Source: Narcine bancroftii (lineage: Eukaryota). Taken from it: a DNA stretch of 64,000 nucleotides. Position numbers and translations under genes: made by a program. Positions 11,746 through 24,904 of the stretch are shown here, piece after piece (within the stretch, counting starts at the first letter, position 1; each line of letters starts with the position of its first letter). The DNA lies in contig NC_091474.1 in the NCBI RefSeq assembly GCF_036971445.1, forward strand, positions 176,886,001-176,950,000, read 5' to 3'. Under the pieces are notes generated by a model. The model made no database searches, was not told the DNA's origin, and worked only from the letters and a program-made list of their open reading frames with translations.

Positions 11746-12610
11746 GGTAGCATGGAAATGGGAGATTCCCACTTTTGCAATGGACAAAGCAACAGAGCCA
11801 AAGGAAGTGATATTCCAGTCTGAATACAGCCTCACTGATGCAGATGACATCACAATGCAGCATTGATTCATTTGGAAGTATCGTTTGGGGTCCTGAATAG
11901 TGGTGAGGGACGAGGTGTAGCATTTCTTGTGGTCACAGGGGTAGGTGCCAAAGGGGTGATTGGTGAGAAGGGAAGAGTGGAAGTAGGAGTAACAGAGGGG
12001 CTGGTCCCTGCAGAAGGCAGAGACAGGAGGACAGGGGCATATCTAGGGTATGGCAGGCATGGCATGGGCCCGGGGCACCACTTGAAAAGGGGGACATTGC
12101 TTGAATGGGGGTTGCCACTTGACATCTGCCACCCCCCACCCACCCACCCTTCTCAGCACCGCCGCCTCCAAACTGGACATACAAGGAACACACACCTGTT
12201 CGGTACACTCATCCTCCTTCCTCATCTTAGCGTTCGCTCTCAATTATACAACATGGCAGCCACCAAGCCAGCTCTCATGAGACCTCATTGTCGCTGTGTA
12301 TTTTGATGCAATGGCCACCCTTGTCATAGGCACTACTTTATGTAGATACACCCCTGGGGGAGGAGAAGTGGCATGTGTCTGGTGGTGGAATCATGTAGCA
12401 GAGAGCAGAAATGGCAGAGGATGATATGTTGGATGCATTGGCTATTGGGGTGGTAAGTGAGGGCAAGGGGAATCCTGTCCTGGTTGCTCATGGGGATGGA
12501 GGGGGCCTGGACAAGTGAGGGGGTAATGGAAGACATGCAGGTGAGGGCTGCATTGATAATAGTGAAAGGGAAGCTACACTTTTGAAGAAGGAGGACATCT
12601 CAGATGATCT
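11745..12610 (-). mobile_element. Penelope-like element fragment (RT linker to GIY-YIG), interrupted by a hAT MITE
   Basis: QDRIPLALTYHPNSQCIQHIILCHFCSLLHDSTTRHM is the typical PLE linker; a decayed downstream region contains GP..F..TC. Confidence 0.7.
12032..12356. mobile_element. hAT MITE, short cargo-free relative of the 6103-7803 element
   Basis: TIRs caggggcatatcta / tagatacacccctg; 8-bp TSD caggagga / ggggagga. Confidence 0.85.
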
Positions 12611-12835
12611 TGCACAGTGAACAGGTCCTTCAGCCTAAATCATTAATGTCAACCATGTGGGCATTCAGGGCTAGTCACATCTGTCTTCAAAATCCTTCTA
12701 ACTCCATCATGTCCATTTCACATGAGGATTGTTTGAGTTGACTAGTGTTCTATTCTCCAGAATTTAGAAAATTGAAAAATGACTTCACATAAATAGACAA
12801 AATATTAATTCTCCCTTACCCATCTTCTTGTAGCT

Positions 12836-14024
12836 GAAAACCATAAAACCATAGAAATGTTATCTTAAAATATTACAGGACAGAAACAGGTCCTTCAGCC
12901 TTTCTCGTTGGTCCATACTGTTATTCTGCCTAGTCCCACTGAGCTGCACCCAGTCCATAGACCTCCATATCCCTTCCATCCATGAACCTGTCCAAATTCA
13001 TCTTAAATGTTAAAATCGAGTCTGCATTTACAACTTCAGCTGGAAGCTCATTCCACACACCCACCACTCAATGTGTGAAGAAGTTTTCCCTAATATTCCG
13101 CCTAAACATTTTCCCTTTCATACTCAACCCATGTCCTCTGGATTGTATCTCTCCTCCCATTAGTGGAAAAAGCCAACCTACATTTGCTCTGTCTGTACCC
13201 CTTTTAATTTTAAATACCTCTATGTAATCTCCCCTCATTCTTCTACATTCCAGGGAATAAAATCCTAAGGTTTCCCTGTAACGCAGTTCCTGAAGTCTGG
13301 GCAACATCCTAGTAAGTCTTCTCTGCACTCTTTCTATTTTATTTATATCTTTCCTGTAGTTAGCTGACCAAAACTGCACACAAGATTCCAAATTTGATTT
13401 CATCAATGTCTTATACAAGTTTACCATAACATCCCAACTCCTATACTCATTACTTTGACTTATGAAGGCCAATATGTCAAAAGCTCTCTTTACGAACTTA
13501 TCTATCTGTTACACCACTTTCGTGGAATTATGTATCTGTATTCCCAGATCCCTCTGCTTGACCGCACTCCTCAGTGCCCTACCATTTAATGTTTATGTTC
13601 TTTCTTGGTTTGTCCTTCCAAAAGATAACACCTCACACTTGTCTGCATTAAGTTCAATCTGCCATTTTTTTGCCCATTTTTTTCCAGCTGGTCCAGATCC
13701 CTTTGCAAGCTTTGAAAACTTTTCTCACTGTTCACAACACCTCCAATCTTTGTGTCATTTGCAAACTTGCTGATCCAATTTACTACAGATCATTGACATC
13801 GATGACGAACAACAATGGTCCCAGTACTGATCCCTGAGGGACACCACTAGTCACAGCTCTCGAGTCGGAGAAGCCATTATCCACTTCCACTCTCTGGCTT
13901 CTCCTGTACAGCCAATGTTGAATCCAGTTTACTACCTTAGCATGATTACTAAGCGCCTGAACCTTCCTGACTAACCTTCCATGCGGGACCTTGTCAAGTG
14001 TCTTACTAAAACCCATGTAGACAG
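12836..14024 (-). mobile_element. CR1 LINE RT C-terminal half and 3' UTR
   Basis: FSKTLDKVPHGRL, VTSGVPQGSVLGPLLF, LYKTL..NLESCVQFWS, RRMRGDYIEVFKI; tail (ttctatgg)n. Confidence 0.9.
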
Positions 14025-14580
14025 CATGTGTACAGTGGTGGAGAGGGTCAAGAACTTCAAATTCCTGGGAGTCAACATCTCCGAGGATCTGTCCTGGAGC
14101 CTTTGTGTTGATGCAAAAACAAAGAAGGTTTGCCAGCAGTTGTACATTGTGAGGTGTCTGAGGAGATTCGTTATATCACAGAAAACTCTCAAACTTCTAC
14201 ACATGTACTATGGAGAGCATTCTGGCTGGTTGCATCACTTTCTGGTATGGAATCAGGACAAGAATAAACTCCAGAGGGTTGTTAACTTGGCCTGTTACAT
14301 CACAGGCACCAGACTTCATTGCATCAAAAACATCTACATGAGGCAATGTCTTAAAAAAGCAGCCTCTATCCTCAAAGACCCCCACCACCCAGGCCATGCC
14401 CTCTTCACTCTGCTACCATCAGGGTAAAGGTACGGGAGCTTAAAGAGAAGCTCTCAGTGGCACAAGGACAGCTTTTTCCCCACTGCCATCAGATTCCTGG
14501 ATAAGCAATGAACCAGGGACACTGCCTCACTTTTTACGAACTAGCATTTTAAAAAAAATTATAGTAATGTTGTAAGATGG
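14025..14580 (+). mobile_element. Rex1/Babar LINE 3' fragment
   Basis: VERVKNFKFLGVNISEDLSW...KAASILKDPHHPGHALFTLLPSG. Confidence 0.85.
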
Positions 14581-15480
14581 CTCTCTTCCAGGGAAGAGAG
14601 CCCAATGATTCAGAAACCTGAGGCCCTCCCTCCTGCACCATCTCTTTAACCACATGTTAAGCTGCATTATACTCCTATTCTAACTACCCTAGCACGTGGT
14701 CCAGGTAGCAATCCTGAGATCACAAACCTGGTGGTTCTGATCTTCGACCTAGTGCCTAACTCCCTGAACTCTCCTTGCAGTTCCTCCTCACCCTTCCTAC
14801 CCACATCATTGATCCTTATATGGACCACAACATCTGGCTGCTCACCCTCCCTTCTGAAAATGCCATGAACTTAATTTGTCCCTGGCACCTGGGAGGTAAT
14901 ATGCTATCTGGGATTCTTGATCTCTTCCACAGAACATTTTATCTGTCCCTTTAATTATGGAAGCCCCTATCATTACAGCTCGCCTCTTCTCCTCCCATCC
15001 CTTCTTTTCCACAAGACCAGACTCTGTGCCAGAGATATGATCATCATGGCTTGCCCTTGGTAGCGCCCCCCCCCCCCCCCCCCCCCACAGCAGTATCCAA
15101 AATGGTATACTTATTATTGAGGAGATTGGCCATAGGGGTGGCCTGCACTGATTGCCTGTTCCCTTTCTTTCTCCTGATTGTCACCCAGCTAGCCTCCTCC
15201 TGCCTTCAATGTCTGATAGCATCCCAATAATACCTGTCATCTCCTTAGTCTCCTGAATGATCTGGAGTACACACAATTCCAGCTCCAACTTCCTAACTTG
15301 GTTTGTAAGGAGCTGCAGCTGGATGCACCTTGCATGCTGCTGGCTTCCCTGACTACTCAGTTTCTGCAGAGGAGCATTCCCCTGCCTTGGCTGCCATTCC
15401 CACTTTCTATGACTGGAGGAGCAAAATATATGATGAATAAAACCTGCCCTTACCTGTGCCTATCTACTAAATTCTTTTTG
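14581..15480 (-). mobile_element. CR1 LINE ORF1 (SGNH esterase-like) remnant
   Basis: Minus strand shows decayed CR1 ORF1 motifs (CYLPGARD, VVHIGSMM for VVHIGTND, ISGLLP). Confidence 0.6.
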
Positions 15481-15754
15481 ACCCTTAAATAGGGTGGTCC
15501 TTACTTACTTCATCTCCTGTACTATCAACTCAGCCTTTTATTGCTGAATCCTCTTGAGTCAAAACCTTACCACTTTGACTCAGTCGATGACAACTCCTTC
15601 CATGTCCATTCTGCTACACAGTTCCTCATTTTTATAATGATGCTTGATATTTTTAAAAAAAATCTTTGCTGCCGCTGTTTGGGTCACCTGATCTTGATTG
15701 CACCATTCTAACTTTCTCTCCTTCCTATTTCTGATGATTGCTCTTCAATTTGAA

Positions 15755-16860
15755 GCATAAATTTGCAGTCCATATGAAGATTGGATCTGTTATGGATAGA
15801 GAAGAAGTTTGTTGTAGGTTACAACAGGATAAAGAAATATATAGAGTTGGGTGGAAAAATGGCAGATGTAGTGCAATCTGGATAAGTGTGAGATGCTGCA
15901 ATTTGGAACTTAGAAGTGTGGTATGAGATTACTGGCAAGATTCTTAACAGTGTGGAGGATGAGAGAAATCTTGGGGTCCAGGTTCATAGATTCTTTTTTG
16001 AGACATGCAGCACAGTAACAGGCCATTTTGGCCAACGAGTCCGTGCCAACAAACTTACACCCAATTAACCTATACCCCTGGTATGTTTCAAATGGTGGGA
16101 GGAAACTGGAGCCCCTGTGAAAAACCCACGCAGACACTGGGAGAATGTACATACTCCTTCCGGATAGTGCGGGATTCCAATCCCGATCGCTGGCATTGTA
16201 AAAGTGTTGCACTAACCACTACGCCAAATGTGCCACCCTCAGGTTTGCATGCAAGTTGATAGAGTGATTATGAAGGCATATGATGTGTTGGCATTCATTT
16301 TTCTTGTGCAAATATTGCAGCTCCATAAAACACTAAAAAGACGACATGTAGAGTATTGCATTCAGTTCTGGTCACCTCATGACACCAATAGGTAAATTGT
16401 TTGGAAAGGGTGCAGACAAGATTTACCAGGATGTTGCCTGGATTGGAAAATATTGTATGAAAGAAGGTTGGCAGAGTTACGGCTTTACTCTTTAAAGTGG
16501 CAAAAGATGACCTAATAGAGGTATATAAGATTATGAAGAGGGGAGGGTGGTTAGATAGGGTGGACAGCCAGTACCCTTTACGTGAGGTGACAACAGCAAA
16601 TCACAGAGGGCATCTGTTTAAGATTAGTAGAGAAAGTTCAGAATAGATGTCAAGGTAGGTCCTTTACTCAGAAAATGCTTGGTGTTGGGAATGCATTGCT
16701 GAGGTTGGTGGTGGAGGCTTACACAATAGGGTAATTCAAAGTACTCTTTGATAGGCATTTGTATGTGAGGTTGGGAAAAGTTTTTTTATGAAGTACGTTG
16801 GCATAACATTGGGAGCTGAAGGGCCTGTACTGTGGTTTAATGTTGTATGTTGTATGTTCT
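15755..16860 (+). mobile_element. CR1 LINE 3' fragment, interrupted by a SINE
   Basis: KFAVHMKIG..RLQQD; gagtattgcattcagttctggtcacc; tail tgttgtatgttct. Confidence 0.8.
15994..16239 (-). mobile_element. tRNA-derived V-SINE/HE1-like SINE
   Basis: Core gggaggaaactggagc..aaaacccacgcagacac.gggagaatgtaca.actcc; tRNA-like head on the right; CR1-like tail on the left; relatives at 49085-49300 and 62820-63068. Confidence 0.8.
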
Positions 16861-18479
16861 CAGAGTTTTACGGATAATGAAAGGAGCAATGAACTTCTCC
16901 CACTGAGGTAGAATGTGGAAGAATGCAATGTAAACTCTATTTCCCTTCTCACATTTGCTGCTTGACCTGCTAAAGTGTTTTCAAAATTCTCTGTTTGCTT
17001 CAAATTTGTAGCATTTGCAGTATTTTTTATTCACTATAATTGCTTGGAAGGAGCATCGAGTACTGGTGGCCTTGACTGAAATTGGCAGAATTTCTTTTCA
17101 GGCTATACAGTTGTTACTGTAACTTTGATTCATTGTAACACTAACTTAATAAAAATGTTTTATTGTTGATCCTAAGAGCACTATTCAGTGCCAGCATTAT
17201 CTTCTATAGTATGTCAAATCTTATCTTTTGTAATAGGTTGGTATGGATAAGCTACATGTAATTAATTCTGGATGTTATCAGAGTTCTTGATGCTACATTT
17301 AGAATGAAACCAGAAGTTTACAAATCACCTTTTAATGAAGTCTAATTATTACTGGCAATCAACTAATCTTACACATTCATATCTAACATTGTAACTGTCT
17401 CTGAGCAGTTCATTGCAATTCCTTAGATTTTATTTTTAAACTTTGTGGTGCATTTTCTATGTGTTATATAATTTGCAATCCAAAACACAGCTCTTAATCC
17501 AATGTAATGATGCTTCTCAAACATATACTTCATGAATCACTTTAAAATATGTCAGTACTAGTTTGAATGTGAGAGATGGTAAGGTAGGTTAGTGTGATAA
17601 ATCCTTATTTTAAGTATAGACCAGATTATTATAAACTGGAAAACAAATAAAAGATCTCATTTATTAATTTATACAAGATATATCTGTGAAGTGAAACTCA
17701 ATGATAAGTTAAATGGCCAAACAATTTCCAGAAGCTTGAATATTACATGTTCTATTTACAGTATATCTGTTGAAAACCAGAGTCCATTTCACTGAGTGGG
17801 CCTGAGTCTTTATGATAGTGATGGACCTTGTGAATTCATTTTTGACTAAGTTGATCACATTAAGGACTTTAGTTTGATTATTAAAATTGTTCTCAGTACA
17901 TTTTCAGTTAAAACATCGAAACATTAACCAAAGTGGCCACTCTCAATTATCATCAGTAAACCCTTCTGACAAAATACCTCTGAGTCACTGGTGAGGACTC
18001 ATTAAGCTGATCAGTGGTTGCCCCTTGAGGGCAAAGAATGGTTATTTTGAACAGTGTCTAATGATTGTGGGCACACACCCTCTACAAATCAGTGATAAAA
18101 GGTACCAAAATTGGGCTGGGAGAGGTGGAAGGGGAGAAAGAGTGATCAATCATGCATCATTAAGGTACAGATAAAAGAACTAGCATCACGTTAAACCACA
18201 TTTAGGGCAAACAGTTAAGATAATTATGACACAAGAAAGTGAAGATACAGGAAACACTGCTGGCGGAATTCAATGGGTAGAGCGAACCTGCTCTATCTGT
18301 CCTTTATATTCTCCTCACCTCATTCCACTTATTGTCTGCCAGCCTCTGCTTCCCTCTCACCTCTTCATGCTGGTTATCTTCCCTCTACACTGATGCAGGG
18401 ACTCAATCCAACACATCCTCTGTTCCTTTGCCTACAAGGATATAGAGTTCCTCCAGCACTTTGCCTTTTGCTTTAACAT

Positions 18480-19080
18480 AGTTATGGTCTAAGTTCACAG
18501 TGAATCTATTACATTACCTGTGTCAACTACCTCCTTCAGAAACCTTTTCCATACACTCACTACCCTCTGGTTCTCTGACTCAGGTTCCTATTAAGTTCTC
18601 CCCCCCCCCCCCCACCTTAAATCTATGTCATCTGGTTCTCGATATCCCTACTCTAGGCAAAAGACTATGCACCAGATTTATTTCTCTCATTATTTGTACA
18701 CCTTGATTATCCCTCATCCTCCTATGCACTCAAACTAAAGCCCTGGCCTGATCAACCTCTTTCTCTAGCTCATTTCTGTGAGGCCTGGCAATATTCTTGT
18801 AAATCATCTCTGCCACCTCTCCATATTGACACCATCCATCATGGTGACCATAACTGAATACAATACCCCAAATTGAGGATTCACCAACATTTTATGCAAC
18901 TGTAATATGACCTCCAAATTTCTATACTCAATACTCTTGATTGATGAAGTCCAATATGCTGAAACCTTTTTGATCCCCTGTGATGCTACTTTCAAGATAC
19001 TATGTACCTGTATTCCTGAATTCCTCTGCTCCTCAACTCTCTACAGAACCCTACCACCCCACCATTCACTGTGCAGGTCC
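18480..19080 (-). mobile_element. Old CR1 3' fragment
   Basis: SIEYRNLEVILQLHKMLVNPQ on the minus strand. Confidence 0.65.
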
Positions 19081-19269
19081 TACCCAGTCACATGAGTTGA
19101 AAAGCAAGTGGAGTTAACAACAGAGAAGTATATCCTCCTACATATATATTTTTTAATGAGCTATTATGATTTCTCTTTGATGAATTTTCACCAAGATTTT
19201 GTTTATTTTTCGAAAAGGAAAGCAAGAGACGGAAAGTCACTTGTTAAAAAGGGCATAAGAAAATATGGT

Positions 19270-20135
19270 GATGATGAACGTTTATTGTTATCTAAATATG
19301 CACAATGTACAGACACCTCAGAATTGCTGCAGCCGTACATATATGTCAGGTACATTGGCTACGATTATTACAATATATCAAGACAAAAAAAGAGAAAATA
19401 AATTTAAAGGATATATAAATAAATATTCAGTTGCAGTTAGTACAAGAATTTTTTAAAAATGTGATGTGTAAGTAGTGCAGTAGTGCTCACTATGTAGTTT
19501 ATGGTCAGGGTTGGGTTGTACAAGAAGTTTCAAGAGCCTGATTTCTGTTGGGGGAAAAAAAAACTGTTCTTGAACCTAGAAATCAGATCTTCAGGCATCT
19601 GAACCTTTTGCCTGAAGATAGTAATGGGAAGAGATTGTGATCAGGGTGATTGGGGGGTGGGGGGGGGGGGGGTCATGCTGACTGTTTGTAATAGACTTGG
19701 CTATCTTAGATACCTTTTGCCGCCTTTTCTCTTTCTGGGCCCTCAAGATTCCAAACCAGGCTGCATTACAACCTGTCAGTGTGCAGTTGTCCTATAAATG
19801 TTTGACAGAGTATTCAACATTGTGCCAAATCTCTCCAACTCCTAGATAGTAATGACATTTGTCGCTTCTTCACGATGGCTTGATGCGCTGAGTCCAGGAG
19901 GGATCCTCTGATTTATGGACTTTCAGGAACTTGAAGCTACCAACCTTCTCCATAGTTGTCCCAAAAATGAAGACAATCCCTCAGCGTCCCCTTCCTAAAG
20001 TATACAATAAGTATACTTGCTGAAATTGAGGGCAACACTGATCTGGCACCACACAACAAGATTCTTCATTTCCCTTCTATATTCTGGATTATTATTTCCA
20101 GTCATTCAGTCAATAATGGTAGTGATATCAGAAAA
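19270..20135 (-). mobile_element. Old Rex1/Babar 3' fragment
   Basis: aaaaactgttcttgaacct..ttcagg signature; caggaacttgaagct (SFKFL) on the minus strand; tttattgtt tail. Confidence 0.6.
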
Positions 20136-20139
20136 TTTA

Positions 20140-21066
20140 CAGCACCCTCTATAATGTTTGGGACAAACATTTATTTTCCTTTATTTGTCCCTGTGCTCCG
20201 CAGTTTTCAATTTGTAACAAAACAATTCACATGTGATTAAGGTGAACATTCCAGATTTTATTCAAGATTATTTGGATACATTTTGGTTTGACCTTGTAGA
20301 AATTACAGCACTTTGTAAACATAGTAAAAACACAATACTAGAGAAACTCAACCGGTTAAACAGTGTTCTTTATATAGCAAAGAACACTGTTTGACCTGCT
20401 GAGTTTTTCCAGCATTGTGCATTTATTTCAACTATGGTTTCTGCAGACTTTCAAAGAATCTCAAAGAAGCAATTCTGAGGCTGAAAAAGAAGAATCAAAC
20501 ACTAAGAGACATTACCCAAAGCTTACGGTTACCAAAATCAACAGTTTGGAACATCATTGAGAAGAAAGAGGGTATTGGTGAGCTCAGTGATCACAAAGGG
20601 ACGGGAATTCCAAGGAAGATCTCCACTGCTGATGACAGAAGAATTCTCATCATAATGAAGACAAATCCCCAAACGCCTGTCCGACAGATCAGAGACACTC
20701 TTCAGGAGGCAGGAGTGGATGTGTCAGTGACCACTGTCCACAGAAGACTTCATGAACAGAAATACAGAGGTTACACTGCAAGATGAAAACCATGAGTTGG
20801 CCACAGAAACAGATTGTAGTTTGGCAAAAAAAAATATTTAAAAAAGCCAGTAGAATTCTGGAAAAAGGTCTGGTGAACAGATGCGATCAAGATGAACCTA
20901 TATCAGAGTGATGGCAAGAGCAAAGTGTGGAGGCTTAAAGGAACTGCCAAAGATCAAAAGTCTACCACCTCTTCTGTGAGACATGGTGCGATGGCCTGTA
21001 CATGTATAGTTGCCAGAGGTACTGGCACACTTATCTTCAATGATGAGGTAACTGCCGATGGCAGTA
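20140..21066 (+). mobile_element. Tc1-like DNA transposon: left TIR and 3'-truncated transposase pseudogene
   Basis: TA|cagcaccctctataatgtttgggaca TIR; paired-like HTH LPKSTVWNII, GIPRKIS (GRPR-like), VSVTTVHRRLHE, FWKKVW*TD, MNLYQSDGKSKVWR; stops; the rest of the DDE domain and right TIR are missing; a short hairpin element is inserted at ~20325-20445. Confidence 0.9.
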
Positions 21067-22439
21067 GCCTTAGCTCAGCTGACATTTCTCCAACATCAGT
21101 CAAGCACTTAGTGACATCACAAATCATCCCTTAGTGATATTAAATAGAGTTTTTGAATGCAAACTAAGATTTTTGCTGAACACCCACTATTCAGTGGAAT
21201 ACAAAACATATTTTATTGCATGTTGAAAGGACAATCTAATGGAGACCTGATAGTACAGCTTCATGACCTATTGAAGGTGCTTGAACATCTTTCAGAATAT
21301 GCTTCACTTATGGAGTATCTTTTCAACATTTCGCTGCTGAGAAACATCATATGCGGAGAACACTCTCTGACCTATCTATCTGGCTGAGGCATAGCAGAGC
21401 AATTACCACTGCACAAACTGGGATATTATTTGCCCTAATTGAAAATGAATTTGAACTGCATAAGGACATTCAGGATCATTTATAGGAGAATAAAATAAAG
21501 CAAAGAACAAAAATCTAATCACTTTCCAGTAAAATATGCACCACAGTGCCTTTCCTACTTGTATATGGGTTTCTTAATGCCCCAATGTATCTGTACTGAA
21601 GGACTGATTGATCCCTTTGCCTTTGAGTTTGCACTATGCCATTGTTGACTCAGGAAAGTACATCCCATGGTTTCCAAGAACCACAGCCAACTGAAGAGCA
21701 GTCTGAATGGTTGGTGCTGGTCATGGATGAGTGTACTGCTTGAGAGTCTGTAGTGGATCGTGATCTGGTAACCTTATGACAAGAGATATGAAATCCTGAA
21801 CCTGCTCAGTTGGTGACCTTTTGCAGACAGTGATAGACAATTGTGTAAGGATCTGCTGGTGCTCAGAAGGCTCTGCCATTGTTTAAGCTTCTAAACAGGT
21901 GCTAACCAACTGATGACTACAAGCTGTAGGTGTCTAATCCTTGCTTTGTCCTTTTTTTACCCTCTTGGAGATAGATCTCTGCACAATTTGAGCAGTACAC
22001 GTCCACAATGAAGAGTTGTTTGAGGATGGATAGTTGAATCCAGCTGACTCAATGATCGCAATCATAAAATACTGGTGAACATATTTGCTTGACAGCTGAT
22101 TATAGTTGCTCCTGAGGAGGTCACTCTGCCCCCAAGGCACAGGATCTGCCCCCAACACGGGTTAGGAACTGAGTGGGCCCATCCATTAGATTAGGTGACA
22201 AGTACCAAAAAGGTGACAGACAATTGATTATCTCTTTATTATTGGCCTTAGGCTACTTGATCTCCAAATAGATGGTGTAGTGGAGGAAAAGATGACAGAC
22301 TGTGAGAGTTGGTTTTGAAATCACAATTAGTGCAATTTGAGTTTGAATGCTGTGAGTCATACAAGTAAAAAATTGAGATTAACATTGTTCTAAAGAGGTA
22401 AACAGGAAAATTTGCAGGTGCTGGGACTAGTGGAGTGCA

Positions 22440-22550
22440 CAACTTCTGAAGGAGGGCTCAGGCCCAAAATATTGGCAGCCTTTTACTTTTCACCAGTGCT
22501 GTGAGTCCTTTTGAGTTTATCCAGCACTTTTATATGCTGCACTATTGCTC
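22440..22550 (+). mobile_element. Penelope-like terminal repeat fragment
   Basis: ctgaaggagggctcaggcccaaaatatt...gagtttatccagcactttt; related short pieces at ~3240-3490, 16940-17030, 18240-18475, 44710-44840, 45170-45300, 49945-50050 and 62385-62470. Confidence 0.55.
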
Positions 22551-23389
22551 TCAAGGTCACGTTGACATGCTGTGTGGCTTCCTGGTGCAGGAACTCTTGT
22601 TCCAGCCAAGCTCTTTGAATACCTGCCCAGTGAATCACCTAACTGAGAGACATACAGGACCTCCTCTTGGTACTGTGATGATGCTCTGTGTAAGTCATGG
22701 TGTTCCCTTCCTCCCATCTGTAGCACATCCTGCTCATTACAGCCAAAATGTGTTGTTGTGGTGGCTGCCTGCCTGCCAAAGAAATGTACCTTAAAGTGTT
22801 TTCACTCTACTCTGATTGCTGCAAAATGAAGTGTTTACAGCTGTGCTAAATTAGATGAAGTTGTATTGGGAATCACACAGATCATGTTATATGGGTGTGA
22901 TCTGTCCAACACTGTTTCATATTTTTTTTGGCCAATGTCATTATTTTGGCCAGGGATTTATTAGGTCATTAGTATTTCACATCACACATGTTTAGCTCAT
23001 CAAAAAAGGGCAAAATTGCATTTCTGAGCATTTGTATTTACAGTCCATTTCTTGTTAGATTTAACAAGTTGACCATCCATTTATTCTTTTCGCTACATGT
23101 GTTGCTTTAGTTTAGTCTTTAAAATATTGTTCAACATGCATGCATTAACCATAAATAGGAACCCTGACTGGAATCAATGCCGATCCTTCAGAGTCACTGG
23201 TCCCAAATCCTGTAAGCTCCCCTTCTGATGGTGCTGTGGGAGCACTTCACCAGAAGGACTGCACTGGCTCACCCTTTCCTTGTCAAGGGCACTAAGACAT
23301 TGGTGTTAAATGCTGCCATTGCCTCCCGAAAATGCATGTAATTCTAAGGAAGCTGTAAAATTTAACATACCTGTAATTACTTCCATAGA

Positions 23390-24460
23390 ATGGGTAATGT
23401 AGATGAGAAAGGGAGGTGGCATAAATGGAGTTTACTCCCTAGAAGCATGAGGTGTTGTATTTTGGGAGGTCAAATTGTAGTGACTGCTTTCTAATGCAGT
23501 TGCTTGGAGGCTAAGGTAGGCATTTGTCTGCAATGCGTTTCTTGGACAAATCGGTAATGAAGCTCAAATTAATTTTATAAAATATTCTTTATTAAACAAA
23601 CACAAAAGAGCTAATGTCTGTAAAATACTGATTAATCATAACATATAACGTTCTATTCTAATGTCCCTCTAATGTTCTATATAACAGTTGATGTAACATA
23701 ACATATAGCATAACTTGAAACAACGGTTAACAGAAATTATTGACGCCTAACTCAGATCTTGCAACTGATGACGCGGGCAAGTGAACCTCCTTTTCCATGA
23801 GTGCGAAACACCCACACGTGCTTATTTGGTGCACATGCTGACCCTGGCTCCAACCGCGTGCTGTCAGGCAGAGCCAAGCACGCATGCCTCACCACGCTCA
23901 GTAGTGCATGTGTACTGGCAGACACTCTGGCCCCAGCTAAAGCCACATGTGCTGGGTCCAAACCAGTGCACATAAGCCCTATCCCAATGGTGCTGGCCTT
24001 GTGCATGTGTCCAAAGGAAGAGGCCTATGGACCCCGGAGCACTGCCAACGCCCGCGGAAACAACAGATAAGAAACAAGCCTACGGCTCTTATACAAATGT
24101 AAGGGGATATATACAGGGCATTTAAATGCACTGAGAGCAGAGGGATCTGTGGATTCTGATGTATAGCTCTCTAAAAATGGCCACACAAGTAAATAGGATC
24201 CTAATGAAGGTGTATGGTATGTTTGTTTTCTTTGGTTGAGGTACTTATGATAACAGTTAGGAAGTCACATTGCAATCTACAAAACTTTAGTTAGGCTGCA
24301 TTTTGAATACTTTGTGCATTTTTGGTCGCCTCATTACAGAAACACTGTGGAGGCTTTGGAAAGGGTACAGAAGAGTTCACTAAGATGCTGCCTGCATTAG
24401 AGAGCATAAGTGAGGGGGGAGAAGCCTGTTTCTGTGCTGTGCTCTTCTACGTTCTATGGG
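23390..24460 (+). mobile_element. CR1 3' fragment, interrupted by a solo LTR
   Basis: ggcataaatggagttt..tgaggtgttgtattttgggaggtcaaat|gtaagggg is continuous across the insertion; tail ttctacgttctatg. Confidence 0.75.
23476..24093 (-). mobile_element. Solo LTR inserted in CR1
   Basis: Begins tgtag and ends ttata (decayed CA end); 5-bp TSD caaat (23471-23475 / 24094-24098); ctttatt polyA signal on the minus strand; repeated decayed GCGCATGCGC-like motifs. Confidence 0.7.
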
Positions 24461-24904
24461 TATAATTAATGAATGTAACTGGCTGTAGAGTTTTATAAAA
24501 TGATATGTGAACTTATCTACTCTTGGTATGAAAAAGAAGGATCAGAATGTTTTCGGAACTATGGCAAGCTAAGAATTGTGGCTAACTGGAGATATTTTAT
24601 GAGGTCATTTATTGAAAAGTCATTTTCAGTGAAAGAAACTACAAATTCACCAAGCAGTGTGGGGCCTAGGTATAACAAAATAAAGACTGAGAAACTTTGA
24701 ATGGAGCATAACAAGGAAGCAAGTATATTGCTGTCATATTTGGGTGATAACATTCTGTGCACCACAATTTTAATGAACACTGATGTAGGAAATGGCACAA
24801 TGCCTTTTAGAAATCTAAGGAACACATCTTACATGTTCACTCTTTCTTCTGCATTCCTTAATGTGTCAGAAGTAGTTTAAATTCAGGGCAAAAGATTATG
24901 ATGT

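Noticed and set aside
19108-19456. Lysine-rich ORF or possible exon (KARDGKSLVKKGIRKY)
   Set aside because: Weak donor, runs into a Rex1 tail and has no recognisable homology
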